Shown here: in pieces, positions 51,381-64,000 of the stretch
Position numbering within the stretch: the stretch's first letter is position 1
Layout of the letters: each line of letters opens with the position of its first letter
From: Lingula anatina
Taxonomy: Eukaryota; Animalia; Brachiopoda
Direction: 5' to 3'
Assembly: GCA_051362555.1 (NCBI GenBank)
Contig: CM120644.1
Coordinates: forward strand, 19,490,534-19,554,533
Length of the DNA stretch: 64,000 bases
Position numbers and translations under genes: made by a program
Notes under the pieces: generated by a model
The model's input: the letters and a program-made list of their open reading frames with translations, nothing else
What the model was told of the DNA's origin: nothing
Database searches by the model: none

Positions 51381-52236
51381 CCAGTAGAACTAAGACATGT
51401 TTTTCTGGTGTCAAGTCAGTTTTATATCAGGCATCAACTTTTATGATAGTCCTGTTAGAAGATTCATGTGTTATCAAAAGAGACTGATATAAAACTTGTT
51501 TTTGTTTTTAGCCTTTTCTTTCAAAATTAAATATTAAAATGTGTTGGGCTGTATTGTCTGTTTAAACTTTGACCCACTAACTGAGACAACCAAGTGATTA
51601 AATTTCTTTTCTGGTTGCTCACCTGCAATATAATTTTTTTATTATGCTTTTGTGAGGCTTAAGTTGTTCAATTATTGTCTTCTCCACATTGAATTGGTTT
51701 GATTTGATTAAACTTTGTATAACACTTTGATAATCGAACAAATTACATTGTTTTAAATGGGTGTAGATGTTAATAAAAAAATTTTTTGGTGAATCTCAAG
51801 ATATAAAAGTCATAAAACTGTTGTTGGAAATATGGATTATTGGTTTAATTTAACAGGAATAGATACATTGTATGGCAGTATGATATTCTATAAATAACAT
51901 AGTTTTAGGATGGTGTGGATGTTTAAAAGAATTAATTCCTTAATTTTTTTATCTAACCATGGGGGGGGGGGGGGGGGCAAATATATATGGAACCTTTTAT
52001 GATTCCAATGGCTTTCATTTGTTTTCTAGTTGAATTAAGATGGTTTGCGTCTATTACTTTTTTCAAAGCATTTTTTTCAAAGTATGTGTTAGTTTACTGT
52101 AACTTCAATTGTACCAACAAGTGCATATCATAGTTTTGTCATGTTTTATAGTCTACTATTGCCGCATAAAATAAAAAGATAACTTGTTGGATGGGTGGGG
52201 TCCCCATAATCTTTGTTTTTTCCATTCTGTCTTTCA

Positions 52237-52274
<38 letters not shown>

Positions 52275-53110
52275 TTGTTATATTTAATGTTATACATGAT
52301 AAAGAAAATGGATGAGATCCTTTGTGCATTTGGTACTAATTTTTTGCATTTTATGATAACCTTAGTTTATCTGTTGTAATCAGTAACTGAGCAGTATGGT
52401 AGGGTATATGAATATGAGTGTTTATGTATGTAATTAAGTATAGTTTAATTCTTAAGTTTGATAAAAGAAATTTAAAAATTAAAATTGGAGATAAACTTGA
52501 ATCAGAAATCAAATGTTGGTGTATTTCATTTATTGTAGATAAAAGTCAAGTGCTGGCTACTTGCCTGATGTTTACTGTGATTTTTTAATTGGTGATTTTA
52601 TTTTCCATAAACTGTGATCACCCCTCCCCAATGCTACCCTCAATTAAGAAAAGAAAGAACAACAAAACATTTGATTACACAAAATTAATATTTCATTGTA
52701 AAATTAAGAGAATGACATTTGAAGTTACTGGCTGCTACAGAAGCAATAGTAGTTCTGCAATGATGACCCTGAAAAACAAGAAGATGAAAATATTAAAATA
52801 TAATTCAGTTAAACTCTGTTTGCTGTAAAAAGATGTTGACAGTAACTCTACAACCACCAGCTATCATATAATTACTGTACAGGTTTTACCAGCTGTTTGA
52901 CATAGTGTACCTCTTAAAAATCGAAAGTTCACTTAGTTATTATGCCATCAAAACAAGGAAACAAACAAAAGAACTTCCTTGTGACTGTATAATGAATCTG
53001 TTCTTTTTTAAAATGATGTCAAATTTCTAAATATCGAGAGTGATTAGATTTATTTAATAACAACAACAAAAAATAACAAAAACAACAATAATAATAATAA
53101 TAATAACCAT

Positions 53111-56100
53111 TTATGTTCTTGATCTTCGTCTGAAGCAAGATGTAAAAAGACTTAAAAATCTTCTCCACCTAGATGGGCGTCTGTCCTTGGAAGCTGAAAT
53201 ATATGACACAATATTAACTTACTAATATGTAATAATAAATAACCTTCAATATGTAGTCAGAGCACTACATTATTTCATGCATGCAATTGTACTGAAAATA
53301 TTTTACAATTATTTAAAATAAACAAATTAGACAATTAAAACAGTACTTGTAAAAAGGCAATACACATCAATACGCAGTGTGTGTGTGTGTGTTTGCGCAT
53401 GCTTGCAAGTTGCATGCACAATCACATTCCATCAGTGTAATAAATAAATCCTAATTCTATTGACACTGATATCTTACCTATCTCCTTCACATCCTCTGTC
53501 ACAGTTGTTGTGTCTTTGATATTAACTGAAGAAAGACAGGAAAACAAATTAAACGTCCCATACATGTGCACAACAAGGATACGACACATTATTTAACAAA
53601 GTCAAAGATAAACTGAAAGATTTAGATAACTGAACAGTGAATTTTATCTTAGTGTTTGTGCATAAGAGTTTCCACCCTTAAGTCCATCTGTGTGTGTTTA
53701 CATTTTTTAAGTGTCTTACACCCCATTCTCATAGATTAGATCAACCTACATTGGATCGACCTAACTCCCTAGGGGTTCACGCTAAATAGCTGTCAGCCGG
53801 GCGGACAAGAAAGTTAATTACCCCTTAAAGCTTGTAGTAGGCGGGGACGGACATTTACGGGGGATTATCTGACAGTAATCTAGTGAGACTCCCCGCGGTG
53901 ATAGATCGATCTAAAAGTTGTGAGAACAGAGCCTTAAATGAATTCCTGACACACTCTGTGTCTTTGATATCAGCTGAAGAAAAAATGACATCAATTAAAA
54001 ATTTTAACATTCTATATCTGTGCATTTTCAAATAGAACTCCGCATTACAATTTGTTTAGAACATTCAAAGATTTAAGTGACATTACAAATTATCCTCTGA
54101 AGTATGCCTAAGAGCAGACTTTGTTTGAGCAACATGATTGTGATGTGTGTGTGTGTGTGCGCATGCATGTGTCATAAGTATAAAAGTCAAAATTATTTTA
54201 CTGAGATTACTGTCTTACCTATCTCCTCATTACTAAGGGTCTTAATTGTAACATTTTTCTTGGCTTTTGTATCATCTGAAAGAACAGAATTGAACTGAAT
54301 TGAATTTTAAAGACAACATTATGTGTGTTCAATCTTTTAACAGCAAAAGCATTAATTTTTCAGCAGATTAAGTATCTTCTTTAGTCTGTCAAAGGCCAGT
54401 GCAACATGCAACATGTGTACGAGTACTATACCTTTCTTTTATGTCTCCTTGATCTAAGTTGAAGAAAGAATTAGGATATGTCCGCGTTAGTAATGTAACA
54501 GACACAAGTGTGATGTTTGAAATTTGGCCGGTGATGGCCGCTTTTATTGGAAGTCGCATTAATAAAAAGAAATAAAGCGTATTACTGATAAACATTGATT
54601 ATGTTGATAGATGATATAAACTTAGTGTGCGCCAGAAGTATCAACATTTAAATTATAATTCCAGACAAATAGTGCACACATTTCAAATTGTGGGGTTGCA
54701 AAGAGGCCTTACATTACTAACGCGGACATATCCTAATTCTTACTTCAACTTAGATCAAGGAGACATAACTTTCTTTTGTGTGTGTGTGTGTGTGTGTGTT
54801 TGTGTATGTGTGTGTTTGTGTGTTCACATGTACATGCACAATCATATTCCATCAGTGTAATAAATAATTACCTTTTCTGTTAACCCTGCTGTCTTACCTA
54901 TCTCCTTCACATCCTCTGTCATGGTTGTTGTGTCTTTGACATTGACTGATGAAAGAAATGAAAACAAATTAAACATCCCATACATGTGCACAAGAAGGAT
55001 ACAGTACCTTATTTAACATAATCAAGGACACATTCAAACATTTTGATAAATGATCAGTGAATTTAACTCAGGATTTGTGCCTGAAATTCTCTACCCAAAA
55101 TTCCACTTGTGTGTGTAAAGGAATTCCTTTTAAATTGCCCTTACTGTCTTACCTTTTTCTTTGATGCCTTCAGCATCTGTGTTTTTGGTATCGACGGAAG
55201 AAAAAATTATAATAAACCTAAAAACTTAATATTCCATATCTGTGCATATTCAAATACAGTTCAGTATTACAATTTGTTGAAGACACACCACACTAAAAAA
55301 TTAATATATTATCAAATTATGCTTAAGACCAGAGTTTGCTTAAGCAACATACTTGCAGTGTGTTTGTTAGTGTATGTGTGTGTGCACACGTTTCATAAGT
55401 ATATTAAAATTCATAATTATTCTACTGAGATTCCAGCCTTACCTAGCTTCTCAATACTTAGGGTCTTAACAATTGCTACATTGTTCTCTTCTTTGGTATC
55501 AACTGAAAGAACAGAATTGAATTTTAAGGAATGTGGTTCAATTTTTAAAAAAAGTAAAATTTTAAAATTCAATTCAATTCAATTCTGTTCTTTTAATTTT
55601 CAATTGTGTTCAATAATTACACTGCAAGAGCATTAATTTTTCTGAAGACTGTAAGACTGTCAAAGGTCAGACATACTGTGCAACATACTGTTCATGTACA
55701 TGTCTGTGTACATGCATGTGCTAATGTATGTGTGTGTGCACATGTGTATGTTTCATGTGTGTATTAAAGTCAAAATAATTACTTAGATTCCAGTCTTATC
55801 TATCTCTTTAGTGTTAAGATTCTTTACAATAATTACTTTTTAATTTGATCTCAAAATTAAATTCTTAATTTATTTATTTATTGTATTATTTTATTATTTT
55901 ACTCTGTATATTGCTCCAAAAGGAAAATGATTTCCGATTTTTATAATTGGCTAAATAAACTCTTATCTTATCTTATCTTATCTTATCTATGTTGGTATCA
56001 GCTGAAACATGAGAATTGAATTGAAATCTAACAAAACACAATACATGTATTTGTTCTTTCTAAACTTAACATATCAAATACATCATGGCATTGAGTAAAA

Positions 56101-57828
56101 TACAGTAAACCTGGTGATTCTGGATGTTGGAGACAAAAGGGGGGGTGTTAGTCTGTTAATCTGATTGTATTCAGCGAGAGTTTCCATGGAGTTAGTGCAT
56201 ATTAGCTAGGTCTTTAAATTCAGACTTGCACCCTGAGAGTCAGAGTGTTGTAGCCATAAATAATTTTATTTCATGATTCCTTGCTAGTAGATTAAAAATG
56301 CACCAAGTTAATTGCTATATCTGCTGAATTATTGTCTTGAATAGAGCAATACAATTATATAATGCAATTCACTTACCACTGGTGTGGACTTCAGGCTCGT
56401 ACATGTAGTTCAACTCTGGAATAAGATGTCACATTTATTTGTCATTCACAAGTTATGATATAGATTAAAATATAGTCTAAAATGTATTTGATGGAATTAA
56501 AGGGCATTTCATATTTTTTTCCATAGGATATGTTTTATAGGATTATGAGATCAAATAATCTTTTTTTACCATACATTATACAAGACAAAATTAAAAGTTT
56601 AATTCACCTTTTATTTCCATTGGTTATATCAAATAAAATTATAAGATCAAGCACCTTTTATTTCCATGTCCAGTTCTCCCCAAGTACAGGTCACTTCCAT
56701 GCTGTCCTTGGTGGTCACCTGGAGGCACCTGTTCCTAAAGGGTTCAGGCTCCCATGTCCAGCCAGACCCAGGGTGGTAAGGCTGAATGAATGATGAATGA
56801 ATAAATAAATAAATAAATAACTTGATAATATGTAAATGTATAAAATGAAAAATAAAATGTTTATAAATATATACAATAAATGATAAATCAAATACTCTAA
56901 AGAAATGAATGAAGGTATAAATAAATACTTTAAAAACATGTTTGACTTTAAATTTTCTTTTTCAATTTCAAAGAAAATAATTTTTTACCTTGAATTATTA
57001 CTTTTTTAAAAGGATATAATACTTACATTTTGTGGCTTAATGAATTTCCATTCCATTTTTGAGCCCTTTGGCAGGAGAAACTCTGCCCTTAGAGATGGGA
57101 CACCCATGTTGGTGGTCCTTTGCATGTTAATGCCACGCTGGGTGTCCCAGCCTCCAAGGGCAGTTCCCCTGCCTACCACTTTTGCTTTCAACAGATTTTC
57201 TGTCAGAATTATTCTGACACTGGCCTTGGCTGTTCAAAATAAAAAGTAAAATAGAAAGAATTAATATCAATATATCTTTTTGATATTTTCACTACAAACA
57301 TTCAAATTGACCACTTATTTAAAGTAAATAAAGAATGGGATATCTTACTTTCATATAACAAAGAAATTAATTAGTTATTTTAGGCCCATTGTAATGAATT
57401 GCCAGCCCATTTGTCAAAAACATACAGTCACATGCACACACACACACACATACACACACACACACACACACAACTTACGAGCACACTGTTCTTTTTTGTT
57501 TATTTCAATCTCCATATCAGCTGTCATCTGCAATATGTAAAATAAATAAATGAAATCTTAGTTAAACAAGATACAAATCATTGATTTCTGTATCTTCATT
57601 TGATAGTTTTTGTAAAAAAAAAAAAAAAAAACGATTTGCACCATTACAAGAATGATCATCAAATCGTTGTGTGACAAGAAATTTGAAAGAATTTCATTAA
57701 GAATGTTAATAATCATTTAAAAATCATGAACAGCACTGTAAAAAGGCGCTATGTGAGCTTACTTTATACTTGATACAGGGTTTCAGTTTCGAATAAAAAA
57801 TAAAACTTACCAGTGACTGTGCAGACAT
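53111..57828 (-). CDS. CBM20 starch/glycogen-binding domain protein, 243 aa, 10 coding exons
   Basis: Exons 57828-57811, 57527-57479, 57229-57027, 56781-56655, 56415-56377, 55502-55443, 54945-54898, 54275-54219, 53525-53478 and 53193-53111 are all AG/GT and phase-compatible (732 nt). Motifs VVGRGTALGGWD, LPKGSKMEWKF, WEPEPFRNR and TW match the CBM20 pattern. Differences from unit 1 are mostly synonymous. Confidence 0.85.
53719..53933 (+). mobile_element. PIF/Harbinger-like MITE
   Basis: TTA TSD on both sides; imperfect TIRs; same family as 58970..59183. Confidence 0.8.
54440..54767. mobile_element. MITE with ~60-bp TIRs
   Basis: tatgtctccttgatctaagttgaag..gtaatgtaa is inverted at 54709..54767; flanks cctttcttt/actttcttt are TSD-like. 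Confidence 0.85.
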
Positions 57829-58110
57829 TGTCTATTTGCTTTGTTTACAAAACAATAAAAAATTATTGTATAAAGGAATTTCATTGGACGGCTCCTGTAT
57901 TGTTTCCATAACTTTAAACCAATCAGATTGACGCTTCGTTGAAGCTCTCGACCTTGAGACTTTCTGCTAAATACAAATCACAATATATCACAATATATAA
58001 CACAATGCCTGGACCCTGGTAATTTCTGTTGCAGTGCCAGAACCCTCTCCCTCCTTGCAAGAGTTTCTTACAAAGCAGGCGGTGAACCTGTTGCTGATGC
58101 TGACCGCAGT

Positions 58111-58541
58111 CCATTACAAATCCAAAGTTTCACCTCTTGCACATCGCCATCTATACTAATCAATGTTTATAAATATGGCGTATCAGGCAAAGGGTGATGC
58201 CGAAAAGCCGAATTTTCATCAAATGTTCTGTACACTAAGTGTCATCTTCCACCAGGACACTTTTCTAAGATGGTTCTGTTATAGATTCTTTCGGCAAACT
58301 TAATCCGTGAGTTCAGGATGAGACATCTGAAGTGAAGGACACATATGGTATCGACTGTGTCAGTTGTTCACTGTTCACATCACGATGCAATATGTGCTTG
58401 TGAAGATTTTACAATATGTGCTACAGAATGTTGACGTGCAGATTAAAAGTGCTTTTGGAGAACTGACAAGATTGCACACCGTCATCTACTTCAAGTTTTA
58501 CCATTCCCTTTTCATCTGTAGTTTTGCATTGGCTTATGAAG
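58111..58541 (+). promoter_or_regulatory. Paralogous head-to-head promoter/first-exon block
   Basis: Near-identical to 16501..16929; donor gaag|gtaaga. Confidence 0.5.
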
Positions 58542-58777
58542 GTAAGATAATTAACTAGAGAACTGATGTTGTATCTGATTTATAAGTAGACCTTTTTCCT
58601 CCTCAGCCTTGACTTACAGCAACGCGTTATTTTGTAAGTTTTTATATTTATTTCTTCACAGTTAATATGATGTACACATGTAGAAAACTTACTAAATTAC
58701 TCTAAAATTCTGGATCTTAAGGAAAAAGCCTCAGATCACTGTCATTTTTTTTTTTGTCATTTTCAGTCCATCATCTG

Positions 58778-59442
58778 ACTCCAGATTACACTGTACTACA
58801 CTGAACTAGGAGGCACAGGACTATACTGCCACAATGGAACACAATGACTACAGACTACTACACTGTACTAGGAGGCACAGAACTATACTGCCACAATGGA
58901 ACACAATAACTCCAGACTACTACACTGTACTTGGAGGCACAGGACTATACTGCCACAATCGAACACAATCACCCCATTTCCATAGATTAGATCGACCTAC
59001 TTTAGATCGACCTAACTCCCTGGGGGTTCACGCTAAATAGCTGTCAGCCGGGCGGACACGAAAGTTAATTAACACTTGCAGCTTGTAGTAGGCGGGGACG
59101 GACACTTAAGGGGGATTATCTGACAGTAATCTGGTGAGACTCCCCGCGGTGATAGATCGATCTAAAGTTGTGGGAATAGACCCAATGACTGCATACCACT
59201 ACACTGTACTAGGAGGCACAGGACTATACTGCCACAATCGAACACAATGACTCCAGACTACTACACTGTACTAGGAGACACAGGACTATACTGCCACAAT
59301 GGAACACAATGACTCCAGACTACTACACTGTACTAGGAGACACATGACTATACTGCCACAATGGAACACAATGACTCCAGACTACTACACTGCACTGGAG
59401 GGCACAGGACTATACTGCCTCAATGGAACACAATTACTCCAG
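58778..59442 (+). repeat. 62-bp minisatellite (~7 copies) interrupted by a MITE
   Basis: Same unit as at 17148. Confidence 0.95.
58970..59183 (+). mobile_element. PIF/Harbinger-like MITE
   Basis: 3-bp TSD AAT inside a minisatellite unit; homologous to 53719..53933. Confidence 0.8.
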
Positions 59443-60077
59443 AATAATTTCCAATATGGTTATATAAGGGCATGCATTGCATATATTAAATGTTTCTACA
59501 CAGATCACAGTGTTTTCTGGATCTTTACAGCCTTTCAGCAAGTTTTTCATCTTTTACAATGTAATACCTGATATTTAGGTGAATTTGTGCCGCTACTGAT
59601 GTGAGACTTTTTATGTAAATCCCTTGGGCATTTTATTGCTTTGTCAAAGAAACTGAAAAAAACAGTTTTAAGACACTAAAAAATAAAGTAGATTGTTTTA
59701 AAGATGTATATTTTATCATCTTCCAGCCAGAAGGATGGCCAAGTCCGTCAGAGTGAACAGAGGAAACAGTCAACAGGTAAATCAAATATATGGATCTATC
59801 ATAAATGAAAACTTATAGACTACAAATATAAAAATTACAATTATGAAATCATATTTAAATCAACATGTATTCAAATTATTAATTTTGTTAAAAAGATTGC
59901 CTGTCTGACACAGAGGTGGAAAATGACGCTCGAGATTGCATAATTCAAGGAAATTAAAAATATATGGACATTTTCAAAGAAGGCAGCAAAGCAATTAGAT
60001 GTACAGACAAAAAGCAAAACATAATAATATACAAAATAGGTTGATTAATCAATTGTGATACAATAATCAATATTGGG

Positions 60078-60232
60078 TGCCATATACTCTCAGAAAGTTG
60101 GCTGTCATGGATCACCATGCCTCTCAATCTTGTGTCATTGGTATGCTTTATGTATATTTTTGATTGGTTCAATCTTTAATGTTGTCCATCCATGCTGTTT
60201 TAGGTCTTCCTTTTTCTCCATTTCCATTTAAC
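60078..60232 (-). mobile_element. RTE-clade LINE 3' remnant
   Basis: Reads GRPKTAWMDNIKD*TNQKYT*SIPMTQD*EAW*SMTANFLRVYGT. Confidence 0.7.
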
Positions 60233-63200
60233 CCAGAAACCCATTGTAAGTAGTTATCTGCATCTGGCATCGGTAGTAAGAAGAAGTCTTGTATTGGGTA
60301 TGTATTGGTTTCCAGATGACAGTTGTAGGTTATTTCGACCTCTTACACAAACAACCTCAAATCATCACATTTACTGTTTTCTTTCAGAGTAAATAATACA
60401 TTGCAATATTGAAATGTTTGTTTCTGTCAATTCATACTCTTCTTATTATTTATTTCCAATAAACTTGACATTTCAAAAAAGACTGAGACAACGGATCAGC
60501 TTATCTCAGATTTAAAGTGTTGTTAAGCTTAATTTATATAAATTTTAGAAACATTGGACAAGATTTGACAAAATTATTAATGTTTAACCATTTTATATCA
60601 TAGAATTTGCCAGTTCTTTTCAAAGTAATTAATAGTTATTGTCAAATTTATTAATGTTTAACTATTTTAAGCCATGGTATTTGCTTATCACAGGTTTTGT
60701 CCCAAAAAACACTTTTCATTAGACACAGTCAATTGATCAGCTTATCACAGATTTTAATTATTGTTAAGCATCATTTGTTCAAATTTCAGAAATATTGAAC
60801 AAGATTTGACAAAATTATTAATCTTTAACTATTTTGAGTCATTGAATCTGCCAGTCTTTTCAATTTAATTTGCAGTTCTATTGTTCTTTTTCCAGAGTAC
60901 CCTTACCATGAAAAAGCAGGCAGTGAAAGACAACACCAAGAGCAGCACTATGTCTTATCCATGTGTACAATACATGATATTTGGCAAGATTTAGGACATT
61001 GTCAAATAATGTGATAACAGCAACCCCTTCCAGAAACCCATTGTAAGGAGTAATCTGCATCTGGCATTGCTAGTAAGGAGAAGTCTTGTATGGGTATATA
61101 TTGTTTTCCAGATGACAGTTATAGGTAATTTGCAACCTCTTTCACAAACAATCTCAAATCATCAACAACCTCAATCACATTTGCTGTTTTTTTTCAGAAT
61201 AAATAATACATTGCAATATTGAAATATTTGTTTTGGTTAATTCTCACTCTAGTGATGATCAATTTCCCATAAACTTGACACTTAAAAAAAGACACGGATT
61301 GATCAGCTTATGCCAGATTTTTATTGTTGTTAAGCAACATTTGTACAGATTTCAGAAGTATTTGACTAGATTTGACAAAATTATTAAAGTTTAACTATTT
61401 TAAGGCCTGGGATTTGCATGTCTTTTCAATGTAATTTTCAGTTTTCCCAAATATATTGTTCCAAAAAACACTTTTCATTAAACACAGTCAACTGATCAGC
61501 TTATCACAGATTTTTATTGCTGTTAAGCATTATTTGTACAAATATCAGAATTTTTGGTTTAGATTTGACAAAATTATTAAAATTAAACTATTTTAAATCC
61601 TGCGATTTAGATCTACCAGTTTTTGCAATTTAATTTTTTAGTTTTCTCTAATATATTGTCTTAAAAAACATTTTTCATTAGACGCAGACAACTGATCAGC
61701 TTATCACAATTTTTTATAATTCTTTAGCATCATTTGTACAAATATCAGAAATTTTGGTCTAGATTTGACAAAATTATTAACATTTAACTATTTTAAGTCA
61801 CTGAATTTGCCATTCTTTCCAATGTAATTTTCAGTTCTTTCAATTATATTGTTCTTGTTCCAGAGTACCCTTACAATGAAAAAGCAGGCAGTGAAAGACA
61901 ACACCAAGAGCAGCACTATGTCTTATCCATGTGTACAATACATGATATTTGGCAAGATTTAGGACATTGTCATATAATGTGATAACAGCAACCCCTTCCA
62001 GAAACCCATTGTAAGGAGTAATCTGCATCTGGCATTGGTAGTAAGGAGAAGTCTTGTATGGGTATATATTGTTTTCCAGATGACAGTTATAGGTAATTTG
62101 CAACCTCCTACACAAACACCCTCTAAACATCAACAACCTCAATCATATTTGCTGTTTTCTTTCAGAGTAAATAATAAGTTGCAATATTGAAATATTTGTT
62201 TTGGTTAATTCTCACTCTTGTGATAATCAATTTCTCATAAACTTGACACTTAAAAAAAAGACACAGGCAACCGATCAGCTTATCACAGATTTTTCTTGTT
62301 GTGTAGCATTATTTGTACAGATTTCAGAAATATTGGACTAGATTTGACAAAATTATTAACGTTTAACGATTTTAAGTCCTGCAATTTCCCAGTCTTTTCA
62401 ATGCAATTTTTAGTTTTCCCATATATATTGTTCTAAAAAACACTTTTCATTAGACACAGACAACTGATCAGCTTATCCCAGATTTTTATTGTTGTAAAGC
62501 ATCATTTGTACAAATTTCAGAAATATTGGACCAGATTTGACAAAATTATGAATGTTTAACTATTTTAAGTCCTGCAATCTCCCAGTCTATTCAATGTAAT
62601 TTTTAGTTTTCCGAAATATATTGTCCTAAAAAACACTTTTCATTAAATACAGACAACTGATCAGCTTATCACAGATTTTTATTGTTGTTAAGCATCATTT
62701 GTACAAATTTCAGAAATATTGGACAAGATTTGACAAAATTATTAACGTTTAACTATTTTAAGTCCTGTGATTTCCCAGTCTATTCAATGTAATTTTTAGT
62801 TTTCCGAAATATATTGTCCTAAAAACACTTTTCATTAGATACAGACAACTGATCAGCTTATCACAAATTTTTATAATTCTTTAGCATCATTTGTACAAAT
62901 ATCAGAAATTTTGGTCTAGATTTGACAAAATTATTAACGTTTAACTATTTTAAGTCACTGAATTTGCCATTCTTTTCAATGTAATTTTCAGTTCTTTCAG
63001 TTATATTGTTCTTGTTTCAGAGTACCCTTACAGTGAAAAAGCAGGCAGTGAAACACCACCAAGAGCAGCACTATGTCTTATCCATGTGTACAATACATGA
63101 TATTTGGCAAGATTTAGGACATTGTCTAATATTGTGATAACAACAACCCCTTCCAGAAACCTATTGTAAGGAGTAATCTGCATCTGGCATTAGTAGTGAA

Positions 63201-64000
63201 GAGAAGTCTTGTATGGGTATATACTGTTTTCCAGATGACAGTTATAGGTAATTTGCAACTCCTACACAAACAACCTCAAAACATCAACAACCTCAATCAT
63301 ATTTGCTGTTTTCTTTCAGAGTAAATAATATGTTGCAATATTGAAATATTTGTTTTGGTTAATTCTCAATCTTGTGATGATCAATTTCCCATAAACTTGA
63401 CACTTAAAAAAAAGACACAGACAACTGATCAGCTCATCCCAGATTTTTATTGTTGTTAAGCATCATGTGTACAGATTTCAGAAATATTGGACAAGATTTG
63501 ACAAAATTATTAACATTTAAATATTTTAAGTCCTGTGATTTCCCAGTCTATTCAAGTAATTTTTAGTTTTCCGAAATATATTGTCCTAAAAACACTTTTC
63601 ATTAGATACAGACAACTGATCAGCTTATCACAAATTTTTATAATTCTTTAGCATCATTTGTACAAATATCAGAAATTTTGGTCTAGATTTGACAAAATTA
63701 TTAATGTTTAACTATTTTAAGTCACTGAATTTGCCATTCTTTTCAATGTAATTTTCAGTTCTTTCAGTTATATTGTTCTTGTTTCAGAGTACCCTTACAG
63801 TGAAAAAGCAGGCAGTGAAAGACCACCAAGAGCAGCACTATGTCTTATCCATGTGTACAATACATGATATTTGGCAAGATTTAGGACATTGTCTAATATT
63901 GTGATAACAACAACCCCTTCCAGAAACCTATTGTAAGGAGTAATCTGCATCTGGCATTAGTAGTGAAGAGAAGTCTTGTATGGGTATATACTGTTTTCCA
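60233..64000 (+). repeat. Composite satellite, unit 2 array (truncated)
   Basis: ~193-bp monomers with cassettes at ~60892, 61860, 63017 and 63785. Confidence 0.95.

Larger units (their letters stand above)
44046..64000. repeat. Segmental duplication unit 2 (truncated by window end)
   Basis: Paralogous ORF pairs 520/44519, 2026/45445, 11690/56715 and 16722/58364; copy-specific TE insertions. Confidence 0.95.

Noticed and set aside
55109-55636. 175-aa plus-strand ORF
   Set aside because: Antisense to CBM20 mini-exons and introns; no recognisable domain; not conserved in unit 1.
57923-58114. 63-aa ORF upstream of the CBM20 gene
   Set aside because: The paralog in unit 1 has an early stop and indels; it overlaps CCAAT-containing promoter sequence.

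Overview
AT-rich animal genomic DNA (intron-exon genes, microsatellites, Helentron/MITE/LINE remnants; most like a lophotrochozoan such as a mollusc, which is inference). The window holds about 1.5 units of a ~44-kb tandem segmental duplication: position 1 aligns to ~44046 and the second unit runs past the window end. Each unit carries, in order: a hairpin-rich putative first exon, a minus-strand C2H2 zinc-finger array with a nonsense codon, the last two exons of a HEATR3-like gene, a minus-strand multi-exon CBM20 (starch/glycogen-binding domain) gene, a highly conserved head-to-head promoter/exon block, a 62-bp minisatellite, an RTE LINE 3' remnant and a composite satellite (~193-bp monomers with a repeated exon-like cassette). 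Unit 1 also shows the 3' exons of a megalin/LRP-like receptor. The CBM20 gene is not assembled in the ORF track. It splices to an intact 243-aa frame in unit 2 and is inactivated in unit 1 by a 3.4-kb Helentron-type insertion, a stop codon and a frameshift. All homology calls come from recognising motifs by eye; no searches were run.
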